A stretch of DNA of 64,000 bases, taken from contig CAVXGK010000001.1 in assembly GCA_963761305.1 (NCBI GenBank), positions 1,568,001-1,632,000 on the forward strand. Reading direction: 5' to 3'. Below, piece by piece: positions 60,062 through 64,000 of this stretch (position 1 is the stretch's first letter; each line of letters starts with the position of its first letter). The stretch is from an uncultured Gemmatimonadaceae bacterium (GTDB lineage: Bacteria > Gemmatimonadota > Gemmatimonadetes > Gemmatimonadales > Gemmatimonadaceae). Under the pieces are notes generated by a model that ran no database searches, was not told the origin of the DNA, and saw only the letters and a program-made list of their open reading frames with translations. The translations under genes were made by a program, and so were the position numbers.

Positions 60062-62299
60062 ATGGCCGTTCTCGGAGACCGGGAGCTCGCCGGTCTCCTC
60101 TCAGCGATCGCCGAGGCGCCGGACATATCCGCCGCGACGTCGCATCTGCTCGCGCAGCTTGCCGATCTCACGGCTGCGCGACGAGCGGTCATGCTCAAGC
60201 TCGACCCCGCACAGCACAGCCTGGTAGCGGTCGCGAGCCTCGGATTTGGCGACGCGCCGCCGTCATTCAGCATCTCGCTGGGCGACCTCTCCAGTCCGCT
60301 CGTCATCAGCGCGTTGAGCCTCGTCCCGATGCAGAGCGGCTCCGAGATCGGGCTGCAGGCGCTCGACAGAATGACGCCGTGGATCGCCCTCCCGATGTCG
60401 CAGCCGTTGCAGCGAGGATCGCTCGAGGTCATGAAGCGCGACCGCGCCGCGGAACTGATCGCGTCACGGCCCGTGACGATGCGCGCGCCACCCGAGCATC
60501 GCGTGGCGGCGGCGCCGGCCGGCTGCGTCGTCCTCTCGGGCGAGTTCGACGACGCGACGACCGCCGCCGCGATCGAGTTGGTCATGCTCGCGAGTCCGAT
60601 CGTCGCGCGCGTCGCGGCGCTGCACGAGACGAGCGAGGCGGCAATCCGTCTTTCGCAGCATCGAGAGAGACTGACGCTCGTCGTCGAGTCGCTTCCCGAC
60701 CCCGTCGTGATCACGAACGCGGCGAACGACATCGTCGTCCAGAATCACCGCGCCGAGCGTCTGCTCCAGGCGCGCGACAACGATTCGGTCGGACGTCGGC
60801 GCGCGGTCGAGTTGAACAACCTGCTGCTCACCGCGTTCCTGTCCAAGGCGGCGATGAGCGGCGGCGTGCAACACGGACCGCGCGAGTTGAATCTCGTCGA
60901 CCCGGACGAAGGCAACGACCTCCTGTTCGAGGTGCTGGCGCACCCGCTCGGCGACCGCGCCGGTCCGGACGAGTCGGTTCTCTCCGTGCTGCGCGACGTG
61001 ACCGATCTGCGCCGCGCGGCGAATGAGCTCGAGCGTCAGGTTCAGCGCGTGCGCCAAGCGGAGATCAGCGTCCGCGGCGAGCGCGATCGTCTCAATCTCG
61101 TCCTCGAGAACGTGGCCGATCCGATCCTGGTCACCGACGAGCGGTCGAACATCATTTTGATGAACGATCAGGCCGAGATGCTGTTCCAGGTGAGCGAGTC
61201 CGAGCCGCGCACGCGCCGCGAGTTGGCCAACGTTCGCGGGAACGACACGAAGTTCACGTCGTTCATCTCCGAGTTCGCGATGCAGGACGACGATTCGCGC
61301 CGGGAGCGAATGACGCTCGTCTACCCGCGCTCCGGGACGAGCCTGCCCGTCGAAGTCGTGTCGGGCAAGGTCAAGAACGAACGCGGCGAGCCGATCGCCG
61401 TCGTCTCGGTGCTGCACGATCTTACCAAGCAGGTGGAGAACGAGCGGCTCTACGACGCACTAAAAAAGCTTAATTCCGAGCTCGAACGCCGCATCCGCGA
61501 CGCGACCGCCGATCTCGCCGACCAGAACGCGCGACTGCAGTGGCAGTCGCAAGAGGTCGAGCGCGCCAACAAGCTCAAATCGGAGTTCCTTGCCAGCATG
61601 TCCCACGAGCTGCGCACGCCGATCAACGCGCTCATCGGCTACTCGGCGCTGCTGCTCGACGGCGTGCTGGGCGAGGTGAATACCCGCCAGCACGACGCGC
61701 TGATGCGAGGCCGCGCGGCCGCCGAGCACCTGCTCGCGTTGATCAACGACATCCTCGACCTGGCCAAGATCGAGGCGGGCAAGATGCCGCTGCGCCTCGA
61801 GGAAGTCTCGCTCCGCGAGGTTACGCTCGAGGTCACGCAGCAGATCGAGCCGATGGTGCGGAAGAAGCAGCTCGAGTTCAAGATGGATATCGCTCCCGAC
61901 TGCCCGCCGATCTACTCCGATCGTACCAAAGTGAAGCAGATCCTGCTCAATCTGCTGTCGAACGCCGTGAAGTTCACCAATCGCGGGCGTGTCACCGTCG
62001 AAGCACATCGGGCGGTGGATGGGGTCCGCATCGACGTCGTGGACACGGGCATCGGCATTCGGGCGTCGGACCTCCAGGCCATCTGGGAGGACTTCCGCCA
62101 AGTCGACCAGTCGCGCACGCGTGAGTTCGGCGGAACTGGATTGGGACTCAGCATCACCCGCAAACTCCTGGATCGACTCGGCGGGTCGGTCGACGTGCGC
62201 AGCACCTATGGCGACGGGAGCACCTTCTCGGTGTATCTCCCCCTCCGCGTGCCGGCCGCGACGGCGTCAGAGTACGCCGTGATTGAGGTGTCAGGCTAG
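60062..62299 (+). CDS. Cytoplasmic GAF-like/PAS/PAS histidine kinase
   Basis: Two PAS-like repeats (LPDPVVIT, VADPILVT), SHELRTP, NLLSNAVKF, DTGIG, GGTGLGL; no TM helix; 21 nt after gvpA. Confidence 0.92.
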   Translation: MAVLGDRELAGLLSAIAEAPDISAATSHLLAQLADLTAARRAVMLKLDPAQHSLVAVASLGFGDAPPSFSISLGDLSSPLVISALSLVPMQSGSEIGLQALDRMTPWIALPMSQPLQRGSLEVMKRDRAAELIASRPVTMRAPPEHRVAAAPAGCVVLSGEFDDATTAAAIELVMLASPIVARVAALHETSEAAIRLSQHRERLTLVVESLPDPVVITNAANDIVVQNHRAERLLQARDNDSVGRRRAVELNNLLLTAFLSKAAMSGGVQHGPRELNLVDPDEGNDLLFEVLAHPLGDRAGPDESVLSVLRDVTDLRRAANELERQVQRVRQAEISVRGERDRLNLVLENVADPILVTDERSNIILMNDQAEMLFQVSESEPRTRRELANVRGNDTKFTSFISEFAMQDDDSRRERMTLVYPRSGTSLPVEVVSGKVKNERGEPIAVVSVLHDLTKQVENERLYDALKKLNSELERRIRDATADLADQNARLQWQSQEVERANKLKSEFLASMSHELRTPINALIGYSALLLDGVLGEVNTRQHDALMRGRAAAEHLLALINDILDLAKIEAGKMPLRLEEVSLREVTLEVTQQIEPMVRKKQLEFKMDIAPDCPPIYSDRTKVKQILLNLLSNAVKFTNRGRVTVEAHRAVDGVRIDVVDTGIGIRASDLQAIWEDFRQVDQSRTREFGGTGLGLSITRKLLDRLGGSVDVRSTYGDGSTFSVYLPLRVPAATASEYAVIEVSG

Positions 62300-62631
62300 C
62301 GGGGTGGCATCCCGCGCGCGTTGGGGAGTGCGCGGGGGCGCGGTGCGGAAACGTGGGACGCGTGCGGGGGCTGGGGCGGGGCCGGAGGCTCGGGATGAGT
62401 GCGGTGTGCGGTGTTAGGGCTTTGGTCCCCCCGCACTCGGCCACCGATCCCGTTCCGAGTCTCCGCACCCCGGCGCCGCTCCCGTTCCAGGTCCCCGTAC
62501 CCCGCCGCCTCACCCCGCACGCGGGCGAAACTGAGGCGTAACATCGGGGTACTTAACTCCGTCCATAGAGTGAACCTGTTTCGGGGATGGTGCTCATGTT
62601 CGGCTCGTCAGTTGCGGCGCGTGGCTCCTCG

Positions 62632-63507
62632 ATGCGGTGGGCCGTCATCGGCCTCACGCTCGGCCTCTGTGCGGCATGTTCGGATAAGGAAGCGGCGTCC
62701 CGCGCCGGCGGCGACTCGTCGCTAGCGCGCGACTTGGCGCTCGCGAATTCACAAGGCGCGACACCGCCGCAGTTGCAGGACACGGCGACCGCGCCGGCTC
62801 CCACTCCCGCGAGCCATGCGCAACGCGAGGATCGTCCGGCGCCGGTGCGTACGCACACGGCACGGCGACCCCAGGTCGAGCAGCCGCCGCAGCAGTCGCG
62901 TGCGGCTCCGCCCAGTGTGCAGACGCCGCCGGTGATGCCGGCTCCGGCTCCGTCGACGCTTCCGGCGGCGATGCCGGCCGCGGCCCCGTCGCGTGGTGAG
63001 ATCGGGTCCGGCTCGACGTTCGCGCTCACGAACGGCACGAAGGTCTGCACGTCGAACGTGCCGGGCGACAAGATCGTCGCGACGCTCAACGAGTCCGTCA
63101 CCGGTTCGAACGGCGCCGTGATTCCGTCGGGCTCCACGGTCGTGCTCGAGGTGGCGTCGGTCACGCCCGGCGACAACGGCACCGATCCGAAGATCGCGCT
63201 GCGTGTGAAGAGCGTCGTGGTGAGCGACAAGACGTATCCGGTGTCGGGCGACGTCACGCCACTCGCACCACTCGACAAGACGAAGATCGCCGACGGCGGA
63301 ACGGACAAGACGAAGGTCGTCGGCGGCGCGATCGCCGGCGCGATTCTCGGCCAGATGATCGGCCACAACACCAAGGGCACGCTGATCGGCGCGGCCGCGG
63401 GTGCCGCGACTGGCGCCGCGGTCGGCCATCAGGGCGAGCAGTGGGCGGCGTGCTTGCCCGCCGGCGCTCCAATGAGACTGACGCTGTCTTCGCCGATCAT
63501 GATGTAG
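62632..63507 (+). CDS. Lipoprotein with Pro/Ala-rich linker and glycine-zipper domain
   Basis: Lipobox CAAC; GGAIAGAILGQMIG...GAAAGAATGAAVG. Confidence 0.75.
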   Translation: MRWAVIGLTLGLCAACSDKEAASRAGGDSSLARDLALANSQGATPPQLQDTATAPAPTPASHAQREDRPAPVRTHTARRPQVEQPPQQSRAAPPSVQTPPVMPAPAPSTLPAAMPAAAPSRGEIGSGSTFALTNGTKVCTSNVPGDKIVATLNESVTGSNGAVIPSGSTVVLEVASVTPGDNGTDPKIALRVKSVVVSDKTYPVSGDVTPLAPLDKTKIADGGTDKTKVVGGAIAGAILGQMIGHNTKGTLIGAAAGAATGAAVGHQGEQWAACLPAGAPMRLTLSSPIMM

Positions 63508-63553
63508 GCTCGGCTGGCTGCCGATCGGCTACGGCTGACGGCTATCGGACATT

Positions 63554-63590
63554 GCAAACGGCTCGGCTGACGGTCAGCCGAGCCGTTTGC
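63554..63590. terminator. Long perfect hairpin after the lipoprotein gene, preceded by CGGCT-type short repeats
   Basis: GCAAACGGCTCGGCTGA / TCAGCCGAGCCGTTTGC 17-bp perfect inverted repeat. Confidence 0.6.
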
Positions 63591-63645
63591 TGTCGACTCC
63601 AGATGATTGCCGTACCTTACCGCCGTGAGCCGAGAGCCGCCTCCC

Positions 63646-64000
63646 GTGAGCAGCGTTTTTTCGCAGACGGAATTCCACCCGCTCGTTCGTGCCTGGTTCG
63701 AGGAATCGCTCGGCGCGCCGAGCGCGCCGCAGCGCGAGGGGTGGCCGGCGATCGCGAGTGGATCGCACACGCTGATCCTCGCGCCGACAGGCACCGGTAA
63801 GACCCTCACGGCGTTTCTCTGGGAGCTGAATCAGCTGATCGTTGACGGCGCCGCGGCGCCACTCCCGAACGCGGTCCAGATCCTCTACGTCTCGCCGCTC
63901 AAGGCGCTGAACAACGACATCCAGCGCAACCTCGAGCGCCCGCTCACCGAGCTGCGCGAGCGCTTCGAGGCGGCCGGTGAGCCGTTCCCGGAGATCCGCG
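63646..64000 (+). CDS. lhr: Lhr-like ATP-dependent DEAD/DEAH helicase, 5' part (runs off window)
   Basis: My translation: FHPLVRAWF...Q.EGWPAI..G.HTLILAPTGTGKT...LYVSPLKALNNDIQRNL; not in the ORF track because it has no stop in the window. Confidence 0.9.
   Translation, partial: MSSVFSQTEFHPLVRAWFEESLGAPSAPQREGWPAIASGSHTLILAPTGTGKTLTAFLWELNQLIVDGAAAPLPNAVQILYVSPLKALNNDIQRNLERPLTELRERFEAAGEPFPEIR

Overview
High-GC bacterial window, most consistent with a Gemmatimonadota-type genome. This is my inference from the SusC/SusD pair in a very GC-rich background, the stand-alone plug lipoprotein and the FlgM/FlgN styles. Five blocks are visible. (1) About 1-26.3 kb: a large xylan/glucuronoxylan utilisation locus with a sugar ABC transporter, SGNH esterase, SusC/SusD, two GH3, a GPH symporter, two GH10 lipoproteins, a FadR/GntR regulator, a mutarotase and a 1542-aa GH115-GH43 fusion. 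(2) About 26.4-40.4 kb: mixed metabolic and stress genes. (3) About 40.4-48.4 kb: a flagellar regulatory cassette (CheY, FlgM, half-length FliS, sigma54 activator, FliA, FlgN) with readable sigma28 and sigma54 promoters but no structural flagellar gene in the window. (4) 48.6-50.7 kb: a four-gene module of a 4-His membrane protein, a second membrane protein and two Tat-exported Rieske proteins. (5) 54.2-62.3 kb: a gas-vesicle operon lacking gvpN/gvpC/gvpO but carrying a Cys-poor tandem ArsA/GET3-like ATPase, a deoxynucleoside kinase and a PAS histidine kinase. A GGTRGACN octamer tandem repeat recurs in three intergenic regions. No rRNA, tRNA, CRISPR array or transposase was seen. All calls come from motif recognition by eye; no database searches were run.
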